Part shown: positions 11,301-32,488 of the stretch, in pieces
How positions within the stretch are numbered: the stretch's first letter is position 1
Layout: each line of letters starts with the position of its first letter
NCBI RefSeq assembly: GCF_000485595.1
Contig: NW_014577072.1
Span: 844,549-877,036 of the forward strand
DNA length: 32,488 bases
Direction of reading: 5' to 3'
Origin: Priapulus caudatus
Lineage: Eukaryota
Made by a program: the position numbers and the translations under genes
Notes under the pieces: generated by a model
Databases searched by the model: none
What the model was told of the DNA's origin: nothing
What the model saw: only the letters and a program-made list of their open reading frames with translations

Positions 11301-13392
11301 ATGACGCGCAACTCACAAGGAGCACGACTGGCCGGCGTACCTCGGAGTCGAGCCAGAAGGAATACACAGAGCAGATCACGAGAAAAGAAGCATGGCATCA
11401 AGCTCTGCGTCACGTGATACTCGTAGTCTCGATCCAACTTGATGTATAGCCCGTAAAAGACTGAATTTAACCCTGCGTAAATCGATAAAACCGTCGTAGT
11501 TCATGTTAATCCGTTACCTGCGTGCACATAATCTCACCGAAGGACCAACATGAAGGGCGCACGAGGCGCATACACTCATCAAGGAACAAACTCGAAAGGT
11601 ACTCTGTGAATCATGTTCAGGTAAAATGCATGCACATTACCTAAAAATTATATTAGAGAGTGAATATATTATTGTGAGGGAATATCAATGCCATCGGCCT
11701 TCTACATATTAGTATTTGCTTACCCGATGTAATGTGCGGTTTGGTAGATTTCAGTGCCGGTATAATCACGGACATTGAACTGAGGCAGTTTAATTGCAGT
11801 ATTGATTGTAAACGGCGCATCCGTAATTTCCATAAAAAAACGAGTATACGTGTGTGTGAGCGACTAGAAAATAATTATATTAATAGTTCATGCGTTATCA
11901 AATGTTGCGAATTACTATTAGCGTCGAATAAATTTATCATCTCAATATTAATATAACTAAACATTATTTAAAGTAGGCAAATGTCAAATTGCATATCGTA
12001 ATATTAATGATGTGCCTTGCTAGGACCGGTGGTTATAATCGCGAACTATTAAATATTACGAAACACGAGTCTCACGAAGAGTGATAAAATTGGCGCATGA
12101 CGTAACAGCTGCGGCGAGTTCAAATCTGGCAATTCTGCGTGTCAACGATTAGGCGGCTGAGCTGCATTTGGCAGGAGAACGATGCTTCAGCCTGAAAGTA
12201 AAGATAATAAACAGGTGTTCAGTCGCATGCCTTGGAAATGAATATAAGCCAGGCTGAAAATCTACGGAATGTGATCGTCTAATATATGCGATGGACAGGA
12301 GCGATATATAATACGATCAGCCAAATCTTCCCGCCACACACATCACGGGCGGTATTATATAATAATCAAACTATAGATGTCTTTATTAATATTATAAACA
12401 TCATTCACACGGGTCAATAACAGATGCTGCTCATGATATTGTTTATATCGACGCAGGGATAGCTTTCTTGAGTTCCTGTTGTCCTGCGTTTGAATTGATA
12501 TGACAAATGAGAACATAACATCAATAGCTAATGATTCACATGTATTAAACTTACTATAATTCATGATAGACAAGATATATATAGGACTTCATCTGACAGA
12601 AAAAATATAAGCTTCGGGATAGGTAAATAATAGAGCAGCTCAACCGTAAACATTATGCGGTAGTTAATAACGAAGACGAAGACGTACACAGTAAATATGG
12701 AAGTTATTCCCGCGTGATCTCATGTGGAGCAAGGCTAGAGATCGTGCGGAATGACTTGGCAGGCGGAGAATGTTGTGATTAATAGGTAAGGGTTAGTAAC
12801 GATGTGCTGTTTTTGCTCTCGCGGCCCAATTATCGCGCAGATATCAAAGCACGTAAAATCGTTTAATAATAAAACTCTCCCTGTAGTCCGGTCATGAATA
12901 GTCAGCATCAGTCGCGTCCGACAAGACTAACTGACGTTGGGGGGCTTCACAGCAACACAACATCGTGTTTGGCTAGGCTCAACTAAATTACTTGTATATG
13001 CAGAGATCGCGATGGAATACGATGTTGTCTAACAGCATGTAAGAATTATTAACTGCGCCGCATCTGTTTAATAACATCCGCTATTAAGAAGACCGTTCAC
13101 AGACATCGTTAGCTCAGTGCTAATCTGCTTACGCGAGTCTCATGGTTTATTAAACAATGCTCACACTCATTATTTTGTTTCGTATCTAAATTTTTGTAAC
13201 ACGCCATTCTCCCTCGCTCACTTTCTCTCATACTCTCTTCATGGTGCATTTTCTCTCATCTCATCTCTCGTCTTCATCCTCTCTTCTCTCTCTTTTTTCT
13301 TCCTCCTCTCTCCTTCTTTCTTCTCTTTCTCTCGCTCTCGTCTACTCTCGATACCTCTCACTCTCTAGTATCTCTCTCTCTTCTTATCAGAT

Positions 13393-13424
<32 letters not shown>

Positions 13425-16022
13425 CTCTCTCTATTATATAAATATATACTATATACTAATATAATATATATATATATATAATTACATACTATCTTCTGTT
13501 GTTTTTTTCTGTCCTATCTATGCTCTATAATATTATAGCTATCTATCTATCTATCTTGCTATATTAATATCCTATCTATCAATTCTATCTATCGTATCTT
13601 CTTCTATATATATATCTATCTATCTATCTACTAATCTAATCTCATCTATCTATCTATCTATATTTTATCTGATGCTATTGCTCTCTATACTATCATAATC
13701 TATATATAATATCTATCTAATCTATTTCCTTAATCCGTATCTATACATATTAAACATTATCTTATCTATCTATCTATCATATCTATCTATCTATTATCAA
13801 TATTATCTATCTATCTATCTATCTAAACTATCTATCTATCTAACTATGTATCAATCTACTATTATATCTATCTATCATATTAATCTATACTATCTAATCT
13901 ATCTATCATACTATCAATTATCTATCTAATTTATCTAGTTAACTACCGTATCTATCTAAATTTTATCTATATATCTAATCTTGCACTAATATATTATACA
14001 TCATATTTATCCAGATCTAATACTACTCTATCTATATATCTATCTAATTTCTGATTATCTATCTATCATACGCTAATCATATCTAACTCTATCTTATCTA
14101 TCATATACTTAATGCTCTAATTATGCTATCTATCTCTCTAATCTATCTAATCTAATCTATCTAATCTAATTTATGCTATACTATCTCTCTATCATTATCA
14201 TCTATCTATCTATTTTAGTATTATATTATCTTCTAATTATCTATCTATCTATCTATTTATTTATATTCTTTTCTATTATCTAATCTACTCTATCATATCT
14301 ATTTATCACTATCTATCCTATCATATCATATCTGTGCCGACCAACGATAGAGCATAATGAAAGTGGGCGGCATCGACCGCAACTGCTTGCAATGCTGGAA
14401 GATTCATAGCCTCAAGCTGCGCCAGTCATTGTTATGCTTGCAAACCTTACATGTGGTCAATTTCTTTCATCTCAGATGGCCCGCGAAACGTGGTAGTAAT
14501 ATGGCTTCTAGAGAACATGATAACATACTATCACCACGTGCAAAGCGTTCGGGAAGCTCACAGGCTACAGCAATACGGTAAAAGGGCGGATGTGTGAAAT
14601 AGCGATAAAAGCAAAGTTAAACTTCTTGCGGGACAGCGCAACGAGAATAGCTGAAATGCAAAATCAGTGCCAACTCATGAAAAAGGATCGTAGTGAGTAG
14701 CTGACCTTCTGAACACTGGCGGCGGCCACAATCGTTATGAGGGCGAAATGAAAGACGATGCGAACGTCTTTGAGCGGAGTAAAGGAATGCAAAGTATTTA
14801 GAGGCAACTAATAATATGATATAAATTGAATTCGGTAATCGCCAAAAAATGGCATTGATGTGCCGCCCCCCGACCCCCCCTCCGGTTGTGTATTATTTCA
14901 TCAAGAACGTCCAAGCAAACTGAGCTGTGTATGTTTTTTATTGTGGAAAAGACATAGAGGTGGGGCCGTGTAAATTTTCCAGATTAACGTTATCGGCAGG
15001 CGTGGACTGATTCATCACGAACTGATCTCGGCTTGCAGAAAGCCAGAGCAGAATGAGAGATTGATCAAACCGAATTTATCCGTCGGGTTTAATAATGTCA
15101 TACAGCTGATTGTCATCGCATACTACTGTTTTTACACAGGTGCTTATTATACTCTCGATTCCGCAACTCAACTGCGCGTGCAGGGTTTTCATGCGTGCAC
15201 GCGTAGCCTTATGACCTTAAGTGACGGCTAGAATGTTTCCATTGTTATATAGCGCGTTAAAGTGGGCACAGTGTATATACGCGAAGACGCTTTTATAGCG
15301 ATAAAACGTTACAGGCGGCAGTCAGCAATGAGAATGGATAGTTAGAGGGCGTTATTAGGGCTCAAGGCAATTCGAACGTTCAATAAAAGCAAATAATTGT
15401 AAAACTAACACGAAATTATTTAACTACCAACGTCTTAATGTTTATCTAAACTTTATTTCGAGCTATATTGGATAACATTGCGCTAGTAAATAACCGTACA
15501 AAATGCTACCTCTGGCAGGCACAACAAGTACACGCACGCACGACACTGGCTCAAGCAAAAATATAACCAGTGGTGCGAGTGTACTGTGTGTTGAGAGAAG
15601 CAATTTGCGGCATTTGCAGGAAGATTATCGGAATCATAAGGCGAAATAGAGTAGAGAACATTTTTAAGAACGGATTGGTAGTAAATACATTTCGTGTTTA
15701 TTTACCATTGTTTTTTTATTTTATGAGACAGTTCCAAGTTGGCTGTGGTTAGGGCTATGGGCGGTAGTAATAGAGACGGCAGCTCACCTCATGGTTTCGT
15801 GCACGGTGGCCGTTGGAAGATGCGGATGAGGGTGTTCGGTCTCGTCACCTCGTGCAAGGGCGCGTCTCGCGCGTTAACGAGAACAAGTGGACCTCAGATG
15901 CCTTTGCGCGAGCGCGGGAGTACGGCGATGTAAGTGGTTACCATGGGTCGCGTGCCTATCATCGAAAGTTAAAGATCGCTGATCAAGTCGCTGCCTTCAC
16001 GACAAAGTCGACGCATCAAACG
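8396..16022 (-). pseudogene. Frameshifted copy of six channel exons (approx. 15789-16022, 12106-12191, 11724-11862, 11317-11471, 10090-10315, 8396-8654); apparent pseudogene, probably artefactual
   Basis: Fragments such as DRDYEYHVTQSLMPCF, SFWLDSE and LAIY survive, but every exon has several indels. Confidence 0.6.
13200..14330. repeat. Degraded (CT)n-(TA)n-(TATC)n tract
   Basis: Visible; about 900 nt of noisy TATC units. Confidence 0.9.
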
Positions 16023-16095
16023 ATGCAAGACAAGGTCGTCGTTGCATGTACATCGATGATATCTATCTCCTAGTCATCAGGAATACACTATCGTC

Positions 16096-16120
16096 NNNNN
16101 NNNNNNNNNNNNNNNNNNNN

Positions 16121-16185
<65 letters not shown>
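16096..16185. repeat. 25-N gap (16096-16120) followed by (GT)n
   Basis: Directly visible. Confidence 0.95.
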
Positions 16186-16186
<1 letters not shown>

Positions 16187-18365
16187 TCTTGCTGGAAATA
16201 ACTGCCACTCCGTACTGAGTGGACAATGCCAATCGCCAATCGCCTTGCACTCATCGATACTGATTAGATATCAAGCCTTATTTATACTGTATAGATTTTC
16301 AAACAACGATTTAAACCGTCATTTCTAACTTCTGGTTGCTAAGGTAATTCCACCGTCGTACGCCACTGCACGAGCAACACGACTCCGTCTTCAACAGCCG
16401 AACACCACTGCTCAAAAAGAGCGCAACACTCGCGATAAACCACAGAAACTAACTGCATGTACACAGACGCTCTTACAAACGCGGTTGATCACCGGCACGG
16501 CATGCACCCCACCATTCCCAGGAGCGGTGCGGTACACAACAAGGTCTCAGTAACGCAGACACAGGACAGACGAGTATGGGGAGGCTGGTCATTCATCGTG
16601 GCCGGTGTTTGGTGCCCGTGAAGAAGATAAAGGCCGTCACAGGCGCGATTATCACTATTAAGGCGCTGCCGAGGGCAAAACTGGATAGAGCTGACCTTAC
16701 AAGCAGGTATATGAGCGAGCACAGCGCACATCGGGGGCGTGTAGAACGCATTCGGCATGAAGTGCGTGTAAGGTCTGTCAGTGTAAATGCTGTGTGCGTG
16801 AATGCCGGCACGTTTACGGGTCCGCATAGCTCATCTCATCGCGTATGGTGAGATTATGCGTACCTTTACTCTGTTACCTGCGCGCGCTATTAAGGCGCTG
16901 CGTAACAAGTTGCACTCAAACGGTGGGAGAATTCATAGAAATTTATATCTTAAATCTTATCTTAACCTGAATTGTTGTCATCTTATTCGGAATCGCACCG
17001 ACTAGGTTATGTATGTAAATATATGTTTATTTATTTATTTATTTATTCATTTATTTATTTAAATATATATATATATAATCAAGTCGGTACAATTCAGAAT
17101 GTAAAGTTGGTAACTGGGAAATACCGATGGGAATACATAAAATGTATATATAAGTATTGTTATACTACTACAACGCACTGATGATAGTCGTAGTAAAGAG
17201 CAGTGCTTACCTCATTCAAAGCTAATCGCTTACGAAAAGCCTTCTCACGTTCACACACAGTTCAGTGTATATCTGATATATATATATGCATCAGTATATA
17301 TATACCAAACACCTTCGTTTATCCCGTAATGACACGAATGCGCGCATACTGCTCCTGGTGTTAGGAATGGAAATGTTTGCTTACACGATGCGTTATTATA
17401 GCTAGTTGTTACTGTGTGTAAATAGACGTGACCTACATATAATCGCGCAGAATCGTACCTATATAGTCGCTCGTACCTTCTAGCTGCTCCATCGCTGGCC
17501 AGGGTCCTTCGATGTTATATATTCCGCAAGTGATTTGGCGCGAGATTGTCGTCTCTCTCTCTCTCGTTCTTTCGCTCGCGACCGTCCTGTAAATTCGCTA
17601 TGCGCGATTCCCGCACCCTGTGATATTGTCGCGCATGTAACAGATGCCGATAGGGGCTTACCTCTGTGTGTTGTTGGCGTGCGAGCGTCAGCCACCGCAC
17701 CTTTCCGGGAAGAGGACTTCGCCCACTTCGCGTTATACTGCTCGTGTTTACCCGTTTGCTTATATCGGTACCAGTAACAGTATGTACACGCAGGAAGGAG
17801 CTACCACAAGAAACAGCCTAACCTTGTTATATACACGTGCTACAGGATAGACGAAGGAAAGTGCTTCCATGGAGGAAGTGCTTTGTTGGTCGGTCTAGTT
17901 ACGTATATACATGCTGTATGTATAATTATTCTATAGCGAGGAACTCATAGCACGTAACGCTGTCATATGCATGCACCATCTTATGCAAAAGAAACCTAGA
18001 TGTGTATGTAGAATATATACATGTTTACTGAACAATAATGACTCTTCAGAGTTACAACAGGCGTCCAAACGCAATATCGATTATATAGTGTATAGGTAAA
18101 CGTGTAACTAATGTACAAAATTGACTATAGATGACAAGTAACCTGGGTGTGAATCCGTGGCAAATAGAGTAGTGTCTTAGAAAATAATATAATAAAACGT
18201 GCCGTAACGTAATATAATCATTAAAACGTCGATGAAATTTTAAGCAAAAACGATAGAGGGGACCATTATGACCGAATACACAGAATCCCTCTGTGAAGAG
18301 AGACTCTACCACGGATCGCCTCTGCCAAGATGCTGCAGGATTATAGCGTCCTATATCGTCATCGA

Positions 18366-27728
<9,363 letters not shown>

Positions 27729-27889
27729 CTGCGATTGTAGAAACAAAATCTATGAATATCAAAATCGATTTTCGTTTCATGTTTGTATAGGTTTAACTAA
27801 TTTGTCTCATAACAAGCATTGAATCGCACATGACATGTGATGCTAATTGTTAAACGACTCTATTATCATCAAAGTAAAAACAAAATCAC

Positions 27890-27918
27890 CAAATGATGCT
27901 TATACAGGCACTACCCAT
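27890..27918 (-). CDS. Candidate first coding exon (signal peptide) of the channel gene
   Basis: ATG at 27918 gives MGSACISII+TG|gtgatt (phase 2). It joins the 27728 acceptor as MGSACISIICLAVINLTA-DMLDQEILDSLL, which resembles a signal peptide. The donor is weak and other starts are possible. Confidence 0.35.
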
Positions 27919-29052
27919 TAGAGATTTTAATTAAATATACGACTGAAAGGTTTCCGTGTTCCGGTGACGGACAGCTTAATTAGCACTTTGTCATCTGGGG
28001 TTCGCAGAACAAAGCAAATATCTTAGTCCGATTATTTTCAGCATCACTAGTTTCACGTTTGCAAACCATCGCGGCTATAGCAGTTCCTGCTAGCGTGATA
28101 GCACGAATCGTTTATGCCTGACTATTTTACAGCGCGCCGTTGTACACTCTGTGAGATGTGCTGGGGTGGGGTGGTGAGACCGCAGCGACGATGTCGCCCC
28201 GGTGTCGGACACCCGCACGCGTCCATCAAAGCGCATCGCTTCTGCGACGAAGTATCGGCGCGCCAAGATCTATATACCTTGTCGGCAGAGCACTCAGATG
28301 CGCGATCAGTAATCCTATAGCAAACAACATGTCGGCTGATATCTATAGCACACATCCGATATCGATCTATCGACGGCCCATCGGCGCGCGGTATCCACTC
28401 TGTGCTCGCCACGGCAGACCCATCATGCAGCTGTAATCGTTCGTTGCCAATGCCTTTCCTCAACGCTGCGCCGCCATCTAACGCTCACGTTATGGAAATA
28501 CGGAGATCCAACGCGCTTATATATATATATAGATATAGATATATATCTACACGAATATGCAGCAGAAGCCGCGATGTTTACGATGTCGTATATTGATGCT
28601 GACAGCCAGAACAGAAAATTCGTGAGCGCTGCGCTCATACGCATAACCTGGTTACGGAGAAGATCAGTATGACGAAGCCGCCGCCACTGCTTGCGTGCAG
28701 GAAGCCTCCAGCCGCAGTTCTATTCCTGACAGACGGGTGGCGTTATTATTAGGTTATATTCTACAGTTGCCTTCGCCATGTTTTGCGCTACACCGGAGCA
28801 AACAAACCCGCCGCCGACGTTGTGTATGTGTGCGGGGTAGATTTTCGTACGCGGATCGGGTGATCGGCGCAGGTTGGATGGCAATGCTCGCCGAGAGGAA
28901 AGGAGACGGGCGCTGCAGTTACGGGTCGAAAGAGTATATTTATACACACGCGTAAAGAACACGGTTCAGGTTTTCGACTGACAGCAAAGAAAATGTGTGG
29001 GACGCAAAAACAAACAGGTGAATGAGGCAGACAGACAAATGCAAACAAAAAA

Positions 29053-30280
<1,228 letters not shown>

Positions 30281-31365
30281 TACTCACCTCACCAAACGGT
30301 TTCTTGTGCTACCAATATTGACATTTATTATTGCAATTCAAACTAAATCTCTACATATATCTGTATGTGAATGGAGCTGCGTGCCGTTATGACGTCACAA
30401 CGTTCATTATAATATAAGAAAAATTACAACAGAACTTGTATCCGGTACTGGTTTTCTGCAAGCATTAATGGTAAAACAACGTCGTTGTTTTACTTCTGTG
30501 TGCTTCTTTATGCGTCTATTTATTTAGCTTCGCACCATCTTGTGATTTGGCGCCTTCTCGTTGCTCGTAACGAGCTCCACGTACAATAGTCGTCAAAATA
30601 GTAATGACAGACAACTCTCCTCACATATATTGGTCGAACACTGGCTCGGAAACTCCCGTCTGTGTAAACACTTCCAGAACCACCAGTCCGCAGAATAATT
30701 CCCTATATTATAATCGATAAAGGGTCGAGTATACCGCCTTGTTTTGAGAGGTGGGTGGAGCTATGCACTGCCGGGTACGCCCGCTCGGGTTAACTTACAG
30801 GAACTAACTGAAAACGTCCTTCTAGACTGAGTATCGCATGATACGATACTAAGTGGAGCAGGGTGCAGCGACCTTTCTTAGACATCGCGCCCGCGGCATA
30901 TACGTACTCAATCTAACTTAGATATACGCCAAATTTATTAATATCACATTACAAATTACGAAACACGGGTTGATCTATAATTTTCGCGAGAAAATCTCTG
31001 GTGGTAGTTTTGTTGTTACAGTATTACGCTGAGATGGACCGTAAGTTCGAATAGTTATAAACGGGTAAGATTTTTTGTCTACACTGCTGCGATCCGTACA
31101 ACTCACGATCTACAACATCTGTAAGTGAGATACCAACACATGTAACTAATGATGTTTAGAATAGCCACCAGGGGGCAGTATGGTCTGAGAATCTTCAGCG
31201 AACAACGTAGTGATCCTCGCAATAATAACGCATAATAACGCAATAAGAACGCAATAAGAACGTAGTAATATCCTCGCAAACTATAGAAGATGAAAATTGA
31301 TGCGGTGCGTAACGAATAAGCGTTTACTCACATACACCGTCTTGTTATATGAAGCCGTAGTGCGT

Positions 31366-31410
31366 AGAAGAAGAAGAAGAAGAAGAAGAAGAAGAAGAAG
31401 AAGAAGAAGA
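31366..31410. repeat. (GAA)n microsatellite
   Basis: Directly visible. Confidence 0.95.
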
Positions 31411-31839
31411 AAAGCCCAATATATATACCGCCTGTCTGTGTAGTATGGTAATTATTATTTATTATTTTATTAGTTGAGTAGTAATTTTTATATAAGTTTC
31501 TCAATAAAATAATGCTATGCTGCGGTATGCCTGGAAACACCTGCGGAAATTTCGAGTGGTTTACGGCACCTCGTCAGCTCGTGTAAAGTTACGCAAAGGT
31601 TTACGTAAATTTTAGCTTGATGAATGCGCACCTAAAACGGCCTCGCTTGCGTACGCGAAATCGCTACGAAAAATTTACTAAATAGCTGTGTTGATGGAAT
31701 CGCAACTAAGCAACGTCGATTGCGTACACAAGATTTACGCAAAATATTTTGCGTACCGCAGCTTTGATGAATCATGAATCTACCCCCTGGACCCCACCCG
31801 TCAGTGCAAGCGCACACGGTATCAGCAGTCTACAGTTCC

Positions 31840-32024
31840 CAGGGGCGTGGTACAGGGGGGGTCCAGGGGTGCCGGACCCCCCCCCTACTCGCGCAGAAAA
31901 CGCATCTGAGGGGGTCTAATTTCAAAAATTCCTGGGGAGAGCCCCCAGACCCCCCTTTCGCGTGCTCCTCTACACGCCCCTGGTTTCGCCCCCCCCCTAA
32001 GAAAATACCCTAGCGCCGCCCCTG
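31840..32024. mobile_element. GC-rich non-autonomous DNA transposon fragment with CAGGGGCG...CGCCCCTG ends (hAT-like)
   Basis: Left end caggggcgtggtacaggg at 31840; matching right ends tacacgcccctg (to 31982) and ccctagcgccgcccctg (to 32024); no TSD visible. Confidence 0.6.
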
Positions 32025-32060
<36 letters not shown>

Positions 32061-32159
32061 TAGTTAGTAGTAGTAGTAGTAGTAGTAGCAGTAGGCAGTA
32101 GCAGTAGCAGTAGGCAGTAGCAGTAGCAGTAGCAGTAGCAGTAGCAGTAGCAGCAGCAG

Positions 32160-32222
<63 letters not shown>

Positions 32223-32339
32223 TAGCTCAGTAGCAGTAGCAGTAGCAGTAGCAGTAGCAGTAGCAGTAGCAGTAGCAGTAGGCAGTAGCAGTAGCAGTAG
32301 CAGTAGCAGTAGCAGCAGCAGCAGAAGCAGCAGCATCAT

Positions 32340-32402
<63 letters not shown>

Positions 32403-32488
32403 CAGTAGCAGCAGCAGCAGCATCATCATCATCATCAGCAGCAGGCAGCAGCAGCAGTAGTAGTAGTAGTAGTAGGTAGTAGTCAGTA
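32025..32488. repeat. Compound (AGT)/(AGC)/(AGTAGC)/(ATC) microsatellite
   Basis: Directly visible. Confidence 0.95.

Larger units (their letters stand above)
5560..16095. other. Error-laden direct duplicate of about 16121-25700 (probable unpolished long-read gap-fill artefact)
   Basis: Collinear with the downstream copy across exons and introns. Between shared anchors it spans 5987-13141 (7154 nt) versus 16201-22769 (6568 nt), about 9% longer. Single-base indels are scattered throughout, and it ends at a 25-N gap. Confidence 0.9.

Noticed and set aside
8396..16022. Second functional channel paralog or mutually exclusive exon cassette
   Set aside because: Every exon copy is frameshifted and the indel pattern matches long-read noise.
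16360..16830. Hydrophobic short ORFs (possible membrane protein)
   Set aside because: No recognisable motif, no convincing splice chain and stops in all frames.
31214..31775. Short cgcaataa(t/g)aa tandem and repeated ttgatgaat motifs
   Set aside because: Possibly decayed transposon fragments, but no termini could be defined.

Overview
Intron-rich, microsatellite-rich animal (probably invertebrate) genomic scaffold with five N-gaps; there is no sign of prokaryotic content. Most ORF-track calls are microsatellite or intron read-through. Manual splicing gives two real genes, both on the minus strand. (1) A Cys-loop (pentameric) ligand-gated anion channel subunit: 8 phase-compatible exons at 27728->18366, about 415 codons, plus an uncertain signal-peptide exon. 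It is GlyR/GluCl/HisCl-like but has an atypical agonist pocket, so its ligand is unclear. (2) A 3'-truncated adaptor gene (exons 4020->112) with a SKAP/AFAP-like N-terminal helix, Tyr/Pro-rich docking motifs and tandem PH domains (AFAP1/XB130-like). About 5.6-16.1 kb is an indel-riddled second copy of about 16.1-25.7 kb. It most likely reflects an unpolished long read used for gap filling, not a real tandem pseudogene. Several hairpin MITE-like elements, a perfect palindrome and a composite minisatellite are also present.
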